NCBI GenBank assembly: GCA_001244265.2
Contig: CDLV01000018.1
Location: 310,001-374,000 of the forward strand
Direction of reading: 5' to 3'
DNA from: Microbotryum violaceum
Lineage: Eukaryota
Length of the DNA: 64,000 bases
Position numbers and translations under genes: made by a program. Under the pieces are notes generated by a model. That model was not told where the DNA came from. It saw only the letters and a list, made by a program, of their open reading frames with translations, and ran no database searches. This document shows positions 1 to 11,029 of this stretch, piece by piece. How positions within the stretch are numbered: position 1 is the stretch's first letter; the number at the start of each line of letters is the position of its first letter.

Positions 1-465
1 TGGTATCTGTCGAGTCGCCTACGATGGCTGTTGTCCCGATTGCAAGACACCGGGTGATGCTTGTCCTTTAGGTAGGTCGTCCCCCTGTCCTCGAAAGCAA
101 CGCGCGGTTGGCCTAACTCGTGAAGACTGACCTGACCTCACGTTTCGATCGCGGTGCTCTGTATAGTCTGGGGAGAATGTACGCACGTGTTCCACATGCA
201 CTGCCTGTTGAAATGGATCAATACCGAATCGAGTAAACAACAATGTCCGATGGATCGCAGACCGTGGGGTACGTACCGATCGCGCAACTGCTGCTTCACT
301 TTTCAAGCCTAACCGCGCTGACTCTTGTGCTCGGCCTTCAACACAGTCACACTCGACGCTTCGAATCTCCCGACAACGACGAACGTCCCCGTACCTCCTG
401 TCGGACTCGAAGCCGTGCAACAACCAACACCGCAGAGAGGGGCGGTCGTCCACGCTGGAGGATGA
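1..465 (+). CDS. APC11: Anaphase-promoting complex subunit 11 (RING-H2), 5' end outside window
   Basis: Spliced exons 2-71, 167-268 and 347-465 give GICRVAYDGCCPDCKTPGDACPLVWGECTHVFHMHCLLKWINTESSKQQCPMDRRPW, the Apc11 RING signature; GT-AG introns; TGA at 463-465. Confidence 0.93.
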
Positions 466-1106
466 GTGATCAGTTGGAACTGGGGGGAGGAGGAGTCTTC
501 GCCACGAGGACAAAGATCGTACAAGGCCTCAATAGCGACGAGGGCACCGGAGATTGCATCAACCTACAGCAAAGCCCGCATCGGCTCTAATCGCTCATTC
601 CATATCGAGCACGACAGGCTCGAAGCGGTCAAGCTAGGCCAAGACAGGGCGACAGGCCCGCCCAGAGCGTCAACCAGTCAAGAAGAGGCGCTGTCAGAGG
701 TGTACAGAACATTTTCATCGAGGAGCAGTCTGATCGTGCAAAGCTGCTAGTATAGATCACTCGTCTTGAAATCAAAGCTCCGCGCAGAGAGCACTCTTCC
801 TCTTCGTAGCGTCGAAATTGTCGCAACTGATCAGCGAGTTCCCCAAACCTGACCACTGTTCATTAAGAGTCCCTGATCCTCGCCCAACACGACCGTCCAC
901 CATCTCCAACAGCTCCATGACTGCGCATGTCGTCGCCTCAGCACAACACTCGCAACAGCCAAATTGATTGGTGGGAACAAAAAGGGGTTGTTCACCCCTG
1001 CAAGATTGCAAGATCTCCCAGACCATGATACCCCTCTAAAGCGATCCCCGTGACTGCCAAAGAGAAGGAAGAGACGTATCCCATTCCTCCTTCTTTCGTA
1101 CCACTT

Positions 1107-1173
1107 TCGAGCTTTGGTGTTGGGATTTTGAGTGTTGGGGTTTTGTTGACAAAACCCCAACACCAAAGCTCGA
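1107..1173. repeat. Short foldback inverted repeat
   Basis: TCGAGCTTTGGTGTTGGGATTTTG at 1107 is the reverse complement of CAAAACCCCAACACCAAAGCTCGA ending at 1173 (1 mismatch), with an internal partial duplicate of the left arm. Confidence 0.85.
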
Positions 1174-1267
1174 GACTGCACTTTTTCCCATCCTCCTTCT
1201 TCTTCTCCCTGCTTTCCCAGAAAAATGCGAGTGTCGAGACAAATGAAAAAACGGTGTGGCGAGTGAT

Positions 1268-2426
1268 TTAGATGAAGCCGATCTGTAGAGGAGCGATAGG
1301 GTTGTGTCAGTAGGGACGTAAAGTTGGGGTCCTGAGTGAGGTGTAAGGTCTGACCTTGTTGGCAACGTCCAAAGCATCGACACCCTTCTCCAAGCGAACG
1401 AAAGCCTTCTTTCGGCCATCAGGGCTGTAAATGCAATACACCTATCAGCTTGCACTCGCAACCCATACAGAGATGAACGCGCACCGAATGAGGGTGTTGA
1501 TCTTCTCGGCCTTGACGTCGTACAGCTTCTTGACGGCGTCCGAGATCTGTCGCTTGTTGGCCTTGACGTCGACGATGAAGACCAATGTGTTGTTGTCCTC
1601 GATCTTCTTCATCGCGGACTCGGTGTTGAGGGGGTGCACGATCGTGCGGTAGGCGTCCATCCGGGGCACATGGTGCACCGACTTGCGCTGGTACTTGGGT
1701 GCACGGGGGAGAGCCAGGGTCTTGGGTCTGTTGCAGCGTGGTCGTGGTTGTGGTCGTGGTCGTTGGGAAATAGGAAGAAGTGGTTCAGGGGTCAGCGAGG
1801 CTGCTCAGCTGCTGGCTCCGCACGCCGCTTGCCCAGCCCGCCGTAGACTGACCGGTGGAAGGTGACCGAAGTGCGGATCTTGGCGACCTTTGTGCCCTTG
1901 GCACCTTTCAAAGCGGCCTTCTTGGCGGCCTGAAATGACGAAGAAAGTGCATCGTTAGTCATCTGTTATGGTACGGTGCGGGGGTAGGGTGCTGGTCCGT
2001 CCAGGGTGGGCGTGGGTGTGGCCCGTGCCAGCCTAGCGCAAGACGCATCCGCGCGCACACAGGGCCCACCACCAGCGACGAGCGGCAGCGAGTAAAAGCT
2101 CACCTTGGCCTGAGCGTCTTGAGGTCTTGATGCTGTGAGTGGTCGGAGGTTCGAGGTAGGAAGGAGCATGATCGGAAGTAAGATCGTAATCGAGTTGGGT
2201 GTAGAGGTCGAGCACAGGCCGGAGTGTCCAGTGAGCGAGTGCAGCCAGGACGAGCCAAATCGAAAGTTTCAAGGCACCCAGGGGGTCACGGAGGCGTCGA
2301 GTCCAACCAACGCCAGCACACAACGTCGCACGCCGTTACAGAGAGAGGGAGAAGGAGTATGAATACGTCAGCAACTCATTCGTGAGCTGGTCGAATCGAC
2401 TGGGCGCGCAACTGACCGGACGACAT
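1268..2426 (-). CDS. RPL25: 60S ribosomal protein L25 (uL23)
   Basis: Exons give [22 protein letters not shown]...[10 protein letters not shown]...[40 protein letters not shown]...[17 protein letters not shown]...ANK-IGFI*. Confidence 0.95.
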
Positions 2427-3277
2427 GGCTTGTTGATACACACGACACGGGGTGGACAAGTGCGAAGGGCATGGGCCCGGCGCGAGTCCCACCTCGTCTG
2501 CCTGCGACGCCTCGAATCAGCCGGCTCGGGCGGGCTCGGGCGGGGGCGTGGGCGTGGGCGTTAGGCGCAGGGCCAACTCGCTGCTTGCTTCCTGGCTCGA
2601 ATTGCCTTTGATGGACGCGCGCGCCGTAGTTGAGCGCTGAGCATTACAAACTCTGGAGCGATCTCCATTACGCTTTCCTTCCTTACTCCGCATCGATCGT
2701 CGTCATCAACTCTCCCTGGGATCCCTCCATCCAGGTAGCCAAGTTGCATCTCCAAGCAGCTTCCGCCCTAACAATTGATCTACCTCCTGTGTGATGTGCC
2801 ACTCGGGTGTGCAAACCGGAGGACTACGCGGTCCACGGTTTGTATTGCAATACAGACGTCATTACCCTATTACCCTAACTAGTAAAAAAAAAGTGTGAGT
2901 TAACGAATGTACCTAAAATCGCTGTTTTTAACTAGGTTGCGGCCCTTCGGGCCGCCTGTGGCGGATGTACCAGCATACTGTTGTGTCTGCCGCACCTGCC
3001 TGTGGTGTCGGGGTTCCGATCAGAAGTCATGTACAAGCGCTGTGGTGACTTTTGTATTTTCCGCGCCGTTCCAACGAAGCTACAGCGCTCCCGGTATTTT
3101 CCTTCTTTTTTTCGCTCACATAAAACAATGCTTCCACTCATATGGTACTTAATGAACCGCAAGCGCGTGGCTTTGCATGATATTGCTTCTACAGCAGAGC
3201 TCTGCCTGACGTGCGAGGCGAGGGCTGGCGTTTGTCACGTGATGCGGTGCGCCGGCGGTGGAGTGTCATTCCGGCAG

Positions 3278-3354
3278 TCGACCAGCGGCATTAGGGGCTG
3301 AACAACCAATTTGCCCGTATGGCATTCGACCAGCGGCATTAGGGGCTGAACAAC
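3278..3354 (+). repeat. 29-bp perfect direct repeat in the Helitron 5' region
   Basis: TCGACCAGCGGCATTAGGGGCTGAACAAC at 3278-3306 and 3326-3354. Confidence 0.9.
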
Positions 3355-3672
3355 AAATCAAACCACGTAAATAATCCTGCGCCACTCCCTCGAACCTTTC
3401 CTTTCTCCCTCTCACTCTCATCCAATTTTAGTGACACTCATTCAAGAACAAACCCTCGCTGCTATGTCCCGGTCCCAAGGTCGCCAGGGACTCAGGGAGG
3501 GCCATCGCAACCTCGCCAAGTCTTGGGCGCGAGGATAGCGCCGTACCATGGGCTACTATGGGCCTGCTCGAGCGCCCGCTGCTGGGCGCCCCGCGGCTCG
3601 ACCCTCCTCTTCGTCCCGCTCCGATCAACAGAATCAGCCCCCCGGCGCGTCATGACAGCAATTTAACCGATC

Positions 3673-6600
3673 TTGGCATTGCGACACGTATACGAGCCCG
3701 CCGTGCAGCTGTGCAGAACGGACAGCGTGGTCAGCGCGATGGCCAACTCGACGCTGGGCTCGCCCCACCACCACCTCCTCCGCAAAGGCGAGTGCGCCGG
3801 GCTCGAATCGCGCTCAAACCCCTCAAGCCCCACGTTTTCGCAGGGCAAGGTGCGGCTACCTCCCCCTCCCCAGCCCAATCTCGAGTATCGGCAGCTTCTT
3901 CAAGGCTCGGATAGCGGTCAGTTGCTCCGTCCAACAACATTCGTCTGCAGTAGACCCACATGCTGAATTGTGCGATGCACCTACACAGACGCTAAAGCAT
4001 TCTGCGAGAATGCCCGGTCTTACAATAACGCGTTGTCCTTTACTTCGCTCGCTGCCCACTGGGACCAAACCCAAGTGGGCACTCTAGGACCTCCCGTGTT
4101 TCGTGTGTTCGGCCGCCTCTATCATCGACTCGGTGCCCTGATCCCTGCCGTGAATCAACGCCCAGCCTTTGCCCAGACATGGCTGATCGACCCGGCCGAG
4201 GCCACCAACACACGACTTCAAGGACCCGACAGCGCAGAGACTCGCATTCAAAGATCAACGCTGACCAAGCTCGAGTCCATGTTGCGCACCGGCAATCGCT
4301 TTGTGAGGGAGTTCGCATCGGCCAAAGCCCGCGCGGGTTGGGATACGGCCAAAGAGTGGGCCCTGCGCCTCTGCCTACCACCAGGTCGAGACCGACGCAC
4401 CCACAACCTTCCTACGTCAAGCACGGAAATGGCGATGCTTATCTGCGATTCCGACACCAACACGGGAGATCGTGGACCGCAGGACCTTATTCTCCAGGTG
4501 CACGGTGATCGATGTCCCGATGGTCGGCCCAAGTACCAAATCGTTAGCTCGCTCCATCCGTCTGCGATGCCTCTCCGGTACCCACTATTCTTCCCGCGGG
4601 GGAAGATGGCTTCCACCCCAACATTCCTCTTTGCGGTTTCAACCAAACTGGGCCGCCCATCGCCAGAAACCGAGAGCAGTTCGACAATGGTGTCCAATTG
4701 CGCGAGCTACTTGCCGGTCTCGGTCTGGATGACGAAGACAAACAGGAGGACGAAGACCGCGACAATGAGGATGAAGACGGCGAGGAAGGGGACGAAGAGG
4801 ATGGTGATGGTGAACGTAAGCTAAGCGTCTTCGGCTCATTCTCATATACCTCTCTGTTGAGACGCACCCTCAGACTGACATAAATTGTTCGAAAATCTAG
4901 GACGAAGATCAAACAAGAGGGGTCGAGGTGGATCAACCCGAGTTTCGCGTTCCCAATACTTTGCATATCACTTGCACGAACGCGACGACTACTTCTCCAT
5001 TCCGCATGCCACCCAGCGTCTCTTCCTCGAGTTCGTGATTGACGGATACTCCCAAGTCGAGACCGATCGACTCAACTACATCCGGTTGCATCAAGAAAGT
5101 CTGCGCCTCACCACGGCCCAAGGCATCACCGACGCTGTTGCCAACGGCCTGACCCCGGATCAAATTGGACGTTCGGTGATTTTGGGCTCGACGTTCAAGA
5201 ATAGTCCGCGCGAGATCACGCAGCGCTACCAAGATGCGATGGCTTGCGTCGCCAAATATGGAAAGCCTTCGCTGTTCATCACGGTGACGTGCAACCCCGA
5301 ATGGCCGGAAATCAAGGTGCACTGGGGCCGAACGACAAAGCATGCAACCGTCCGGATCTCATTGCACGAGTGTTTGAAGCCAAGCTGAACCGACTCTGCG
5401 ACGACGTTTTTGGCAACAAGCAACGTGCAGGCTGTTTTGGCGTGGTTCTGACGCATACACATGTGATTGAGTATCAGAAGCGGGGCCTGCCACATGCCCA
5501 TATCCTCATCACCCTCGCGCCGGACGATCATCCTTTGTCGACGGAAGCGATCGACAAGATGATCTCGGCCGAGATACCCGATCCTTCGCGCTATCCTGAT
5601 CTCCACGAGACCGTCACAAAGCACATGCTGCATGGCAAGTGTGGCGGAAACTCGACTCAGCCCTGCATGGAGAAGGACAAGTACGGTAATCCGAGGTGCA
5701 AGCGCCATTTTCCTCGCGAACAGAACCCCCACACCCGCATGCACCCTGAAGGCTACCCGTTGTATCGCCGACGCTTTCGCCACGCCGTTGTCAAGGGGGT
5801 GTTATCTCCAACGATGGTGACTGCGTGCCGTACTCGCCTTATCTCTGCGCCAAGTACAATGCGCATATCAATGTGGAGGCTGTGACAACGATCGGCGCGA
5901 TCAAGTACCTCTTCAAGTATGTGTACAAAGGTCCGGATCGAGCTGTGGCGCGTGTTGAGCGTGCAGCGAACGGTGAAGGGGCTCGCGAGGACGAACCGGT
6001 TCGAGATGAGATCAACGAGTTCGTCGAAGGTCGCTACATCAGTGCTCCAGAAGCGGTCCACCGCCTATTCGGATTCTCGGTCGGTAGAGTGTGGCCACCC
6101 GTCAATCGACTACCGGTCCATCTGGAGAATCAACAATCTGTGCAGATCAATCCCAATGAACCGCTGCCCCTCGACACTCCGCCCACTCGCTCCAAACTGA
6201 CCGGCTTCTTCGACCTGTGCGCTGCAGCTCCCGACGGCGAGCTCACTACCACGTTGCTCTACACGAATGTGCCGCGCTACTACTCCTGGAATAAGGAGAA
6301 GTTGCGCTGGAAATGCCGAGTCCATGATCGTAATGTCATTGGACGAATCTACACCGTCCCACTGCGTAGTGGGGAGCGCTTTTACCTCAGACTGCTCCTC
6401 GAGGTCGTCATGGGCCTGACATCGTTTGCGGACCTGCTCATGTTCGAAGACGTCGTGTATCCTTCCTATCGCGCCGCTTGCGCCGCTCGCGGACTTCTCG
6501 CCGACGATGGCGAGCATCACATCTGTCTCAGGGAAGCTGCACAGATTGAAACCGGTGACCAACTACGCCGATTATTCGTGTTCATGCTCATCCATGCGAC

Positions 6601-8566
6601 GGTTGCCAACCCACCAGCTTTGCTGGATCGTCACTTTGCTTCTCTTAGCGACGATGCCCGTTATCACATCGAACGCTATGAAGACGTGCCCGTCAACGAT
6701 CAAACCATCCGCCTGTGGACCCTCAACAAGATTCGTCTCCTCCTTGCGGCAAACGATCGAACTTTGGCCTTCTTTGATCTTCCCGAGCTGACCGAGGACG
6801 AAGTGCGGCTGTTTGATCGTCTCGAGGAACGGCTTCCCCGTTTTGATCGCCAGCAATGCGCGCAAGATGCCGAAGCGGCGCATGCCCGTCTGAACCACGA
6901 CCAACGAATTGCATTTGACGAATGTCTTTGCGCGGTCGAGCTCGATGTCGTCGATCAGATGCGCGACAACAACCTTGGGCCGCAGCATGTGTTTTTCCTG
7001 CTAGCACCTGGGAGTACTGGCAAGACTTTTGTGGAAAATGCCCTTCTCGATACTGTGCGAGCTCGAGGCGACCAAGCGATTGCGGTGGCGTCGTCCGGAG
7101 TAGCGGCGTTGCTTCTCAAGGGAGGACACACGGCGCATTCAACTTTTCGAATCCCACTCGACACCTTGCCAACCTCGACGTGTCCAGTCGACAGGGAGAG
7201 TGATCTCGCGCTGATGCTGCCTACCACCAAGCTCATCATTTGGGATGAAGCCCCAATGGCGCATCGATTCGCGGTGGAAGCTGTCGACCGTTTACTGCGT
7301 GATCTCCGAGAGACCGAGGAGCACTTCGGCGGGGTGACAATGATCTTTGCGGGTCAGTTGGGCTCTTCCGCCTCCGCTCTGAACAGCGGTATGCTAACGA
7401 GGTTTCCAATTTGTAGGGGACTTTCGCCAGTGCCTTCCTGTCGTTCCCAAAGGAACTCCCGGTCAAATCGTCGATGCATCCCTCATCAAGGCAGACTTCT
7501 GGCGCGACGTTCGTGTCTTGCGACTTACCGAGAACATGCGTCTCAGCTCGAACGCTGATGCGATGGACGAGGCTCAATTGGCTCGAACGCGCGACTTTGC
7601 GGAATGGCTACTCACCGTGGGAGATGGAACTGCCAACATGCACCCATACGACAAGATTGCAGTACGTTTGGCTCCCCTCTTTTACCCAACCAACCGACAC
7701 TAAGACCCCTTCTATCCGTTTCGCAGCTGCCTGATTACCTGCTGCTTCCGGACGGTCAAAGAACGGCCGAAGGGTTGATCAACTTTGTCTACCCCGGTTT
7801 AAGGACCGTGAACAAGGAGTCCCTCGAAGACCTGATTCAGCTGTTCTCACGTCAGGCAATCTTAGCTCCGCATAATGCAACGGTCGATCGCATCAATGCC
7901 AAGCTGCTGGAAGAGTTCAATGGCGACTACATCGAGTATCGCAGCGCAGACGAGGTCGTTGAGGCAGGCGAAATTGGGGGTGGAATGGCGCCGGAACTGA
8001 TTTCGCCAGAGTATCTACATTCAATCAACCCATCCAACTTCCCCGCGCATCACTTGCGTCTCAAGGAAGGGATCCCCGTCGTTCTTCTTCGCAATTTGGA
8101 CCCAGACGCGGGCCTCTGCAACGGTACCCGCCTGATCGTGTCGCACGCAAGATCGAGAGTCATTCAAGCCATCATCTTGACCGGAGATCGAGCGGGCACC
8201 ACGGTCTTCATCCCTCGCGTGCGACTTGAGACAAATGCGACTGGCAGTCGCCAACTTGGTTTCACTATGCGCCGGCTCCAATTCCCGCTTCGCGTTGCCT
8301 TGGCCATGACGATCAACAAAGCCCAAGGTAAATCACTCGATCGTGTTGGCGTCGATCTCTCCCTACATCCCGTCTTCACTCATGGGCAGCTGTATGTGGC
8401 ATTGTCTCGAGCCATGAGTGTTGATCGACTCAAGGTGCTACTGCCCTCTCGCGACCCCGCCGATGATGACGACGACCTACAAGCCGTTGATTGAGCGGCA
8501 GCCGCAGCCACCGCGACCGCAAACCCAGTATTCCGCTCTGTTCTCAGAGCAATGAATGGGGAATAG
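3673..8566 (+). pseudogene. Helitron Rep/PIF1 helicase (RepHel), intron-containing, frameshifted and with a premature stop
   Basis: Motifs LFITVTCNPEWPEI, VIEYQKRGLPHAHIL (HUH), KYLFKYVYKG (Y2), APGSTGKT, IIWDEAPM, GLCNGTRL, QFPLRVALAMTINKAQGKSL, HGQLYVALSR. Frameshifts near 4595, 5317 and 5797; in-frame TGA at 8492-8494. Confidence 0.92.
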
Positions 8567-9023
8567 TTTTGAAGCTGTCCTTTATATTGTGTGTTTTACC
8601 TTCAACTGAGATCACGATTCTGCTATTTAATTTTCATCCTCCCGTTAATTTAACGGGTTCCCACTGGTTTTACATTTAAACTCTCTTTGTGTTCACCTCC
8701 CTTTTATACGATATAGCTTATGAAACATATTTTCCATAAGTCGCATGGCTTGCTCTCCTAAAGCAGGAATACATCTAAATCACCCATAATCTTTGTGGCA
8801 AGGATTCAACAGTTGCTTGAAGCGGTCAAGGTGAGAAAGGTAGCGAGGGGACCCTGTGGAAAATGGAGTAGTGTGTGTGCGTGTGTATTCGTTCATCCAT
8901 AATCGAGGGCTCAAGAGAATATAAAACAATATACAGAAGCGATGGAGCGAATCCTCATTCTCGAGGAACGAGATTCCGACACCTCTTCCTTCGGCCCCTC
9001 TTTGGTCATTGTCCGTTCTGCGT

Positions 9024-10351
9024 TCAGTTGAGAGGTTCCTCCGGAGGGTCCTCACCCGCGATATCCGTCGTTTTAACGTCCACTTCAACGGTCTCAGTAG
9101 TCGTCTCAGCCGGGGTCTGGTTTGATTCATCATCGACGACGACGAACGAGCCCGAATTGGTGGGGGAAGCGCTCGAGGCACCAGACGCGGAAGACGGGGT
9201 CGACGACGATTGCGAAGAGGCTTGGGCTTGGGCTTGTTGTTGCGAAGGGGACGCGTCATCGATCTCTTCCAAAAGGGGGTCCGAAGAGCCGTCCCGGGGG
9301 TCCCGAGATGTGGATGAGGAGGCCAAGCCGGACATTCTGTGCGGGCAAATCGGAGAAAAAAAGGGGTCAGCTCGGTCCGAAAGGCAGCAACGAGTCCTTT
9401 AAGAGTGGCATACTCGAGGGTGATGAGCTCCATGACGAGGTCAAAGACGGGAGGGGGTTGGGTCTTTTGGTAGATCATGATGAGCTCTTGAGGGGCTGCG
9501 AGACGGACGCGGAGGCAGGTCAGGTCAGTGCTCGGCTTTGCCCTGCCTCAAGAGAGGCCTCGTGTCCGAGCGGTGCACACCAGGGTAGACCTTGAGAGCC
9601 TTGTAGAAGGCGATGGCGGAAGCGATGAAGAATTCGGGGGCTGTAGAGTATTGTGATGTCAAAAAAAAAAGAGGAGGGTCAGGCGATTGCACTGGGGACC
9701 TCGTCGACGAGGAGCACGACAGGTTCGGGCCAGCGGCAGAACTCACATCGCGCTGCAAGAGCTTCACCCTGCGAGACCTGCTCCATAAAGTACTGCTCCT
9801 TGGTCTCGGGAGTGGTGGGCACTGTGAAAGGGTTGGTGATGGAGGACGGGGACATGGAGCACACGAGCGATCGATCGGCGAGAAAACGAGGAAACACTCT
9901 CAAGTCAGCTCATCATGCAGAGAGCAGTTCGATCGGCGCCACAACGATCATTCGGATCGCACGCATTGCTCCTATTCGAACACTGTAAGGGCGTGTGCAC
10001 TAACCCGGTTGAGCATTGATGAGCACGAGAGCTCGCCTGAGCGCAGCCTCGACGACGGCCTTGCCCGTCTCGGCTTCCTTCTGTGTCGACTTGGCTGCCT
10101 TTCGCTGGTCGCGGACTGTGATAATGTAGAGTGAAGTGCATTGTACATCCTATATGAGTCAGCTATCTTGAGCGTGATGATGCGTCACTGAAGCAGGGTG
10201 GTGTGGACTGACGCAGCTTCTTGCGGAAGTCGGGGTCATGACGACGCTTGTAATCAAAGTAGATCGCGTACGACACCGTAGCCGTGGCGACGACACCCGT
10301 GGCGATGGCCGCGATCCTCAGAGGGTTGTAGGACGTGTTGGGGCTGGACAT
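9024..10351 (-). CDS. TOM20: Mitochondrial import receptor Tom20
   Basis: MSSPNTSYNPLRIAAIATGVVATATVSYAIYFDYKRRHDPDFRKKLR; KEQYFMEQVSQGEALA; SAIAFYKALKVYP; IYQKTQPPPVFDLVMELI; acidic tail. Confidence 0.93.
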
Positions 10352-11029
10352 GGTGAGCTGAGTGTGTGGTCGGCGGTGAGAGGGAGCTCGGTAAGAGGAA
10401 ATCGCAGGAGGTAACGGGACCGCCTGCGAGTGAGCTCGCACGCCGGCACGCTCGAGTCGTCGCTTGCGAGGTCGCCAGCAGGCGCACGACTGGCGCACGA
10501 GCTAAAACCGCATACAGCCAGCCCATCAACTCGGTCGCACCGGCCACCGACGACCGGCGCGAACGGCTGGGGACGTGGTGAAGGACGAGGTAGGTGCACA
10601 GACTCTTCCAGAAGTTCACATCGAGGAGAATACTCATCTACCCTTCAGCTTCCTCTCCTTCTATTGTCGAAAAACCCTTGCGAGCCCTCCCTCGATTGGC
10701 TGAGTAGGCCCGCAGCAGAATCTGCGCTTCAGTCACTTCCGACAACTCGATCCGCTCCCTGAACTCGAGTCAACGTATCACCTGCCTCGACGTACTGTGC
10801 CACCTGCGTGCGTTTTGATCAGATTTCACGGTTCTTCATCTCCCATGTTGACCTGTCCGTGTACCTTTGAGCTAACATCGACGTCCTTATTGTCCAACCA
10901 TTCCGAACCGATCGATCTCAGCTGCTGCAGTTCGAACGGGGCTCTCGTCTTGCCTGCACGGCGATCGGTCCTACCGAGCAGCTGCCTTTCTGATACACAA
11001 GATCAGTTTCAACTTCTCCGACCAAATTG

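Larger units (their letters stand above)
2932..8667 (+). mobile_element. Helitron (rolling-circle transposon); left boundary uncertain
   Basis: RepHel coding region, plus a 3' hairpin CCCGTTAA-T-TTAACGGG (8641-8657) followed by CTGG|T (CTRR, 8664-8667). Confidence 0.88.

Noticed and set aside
19-513. 164-aa minus-strand ORF
   Set aside because: Antisense shadow of APC11.
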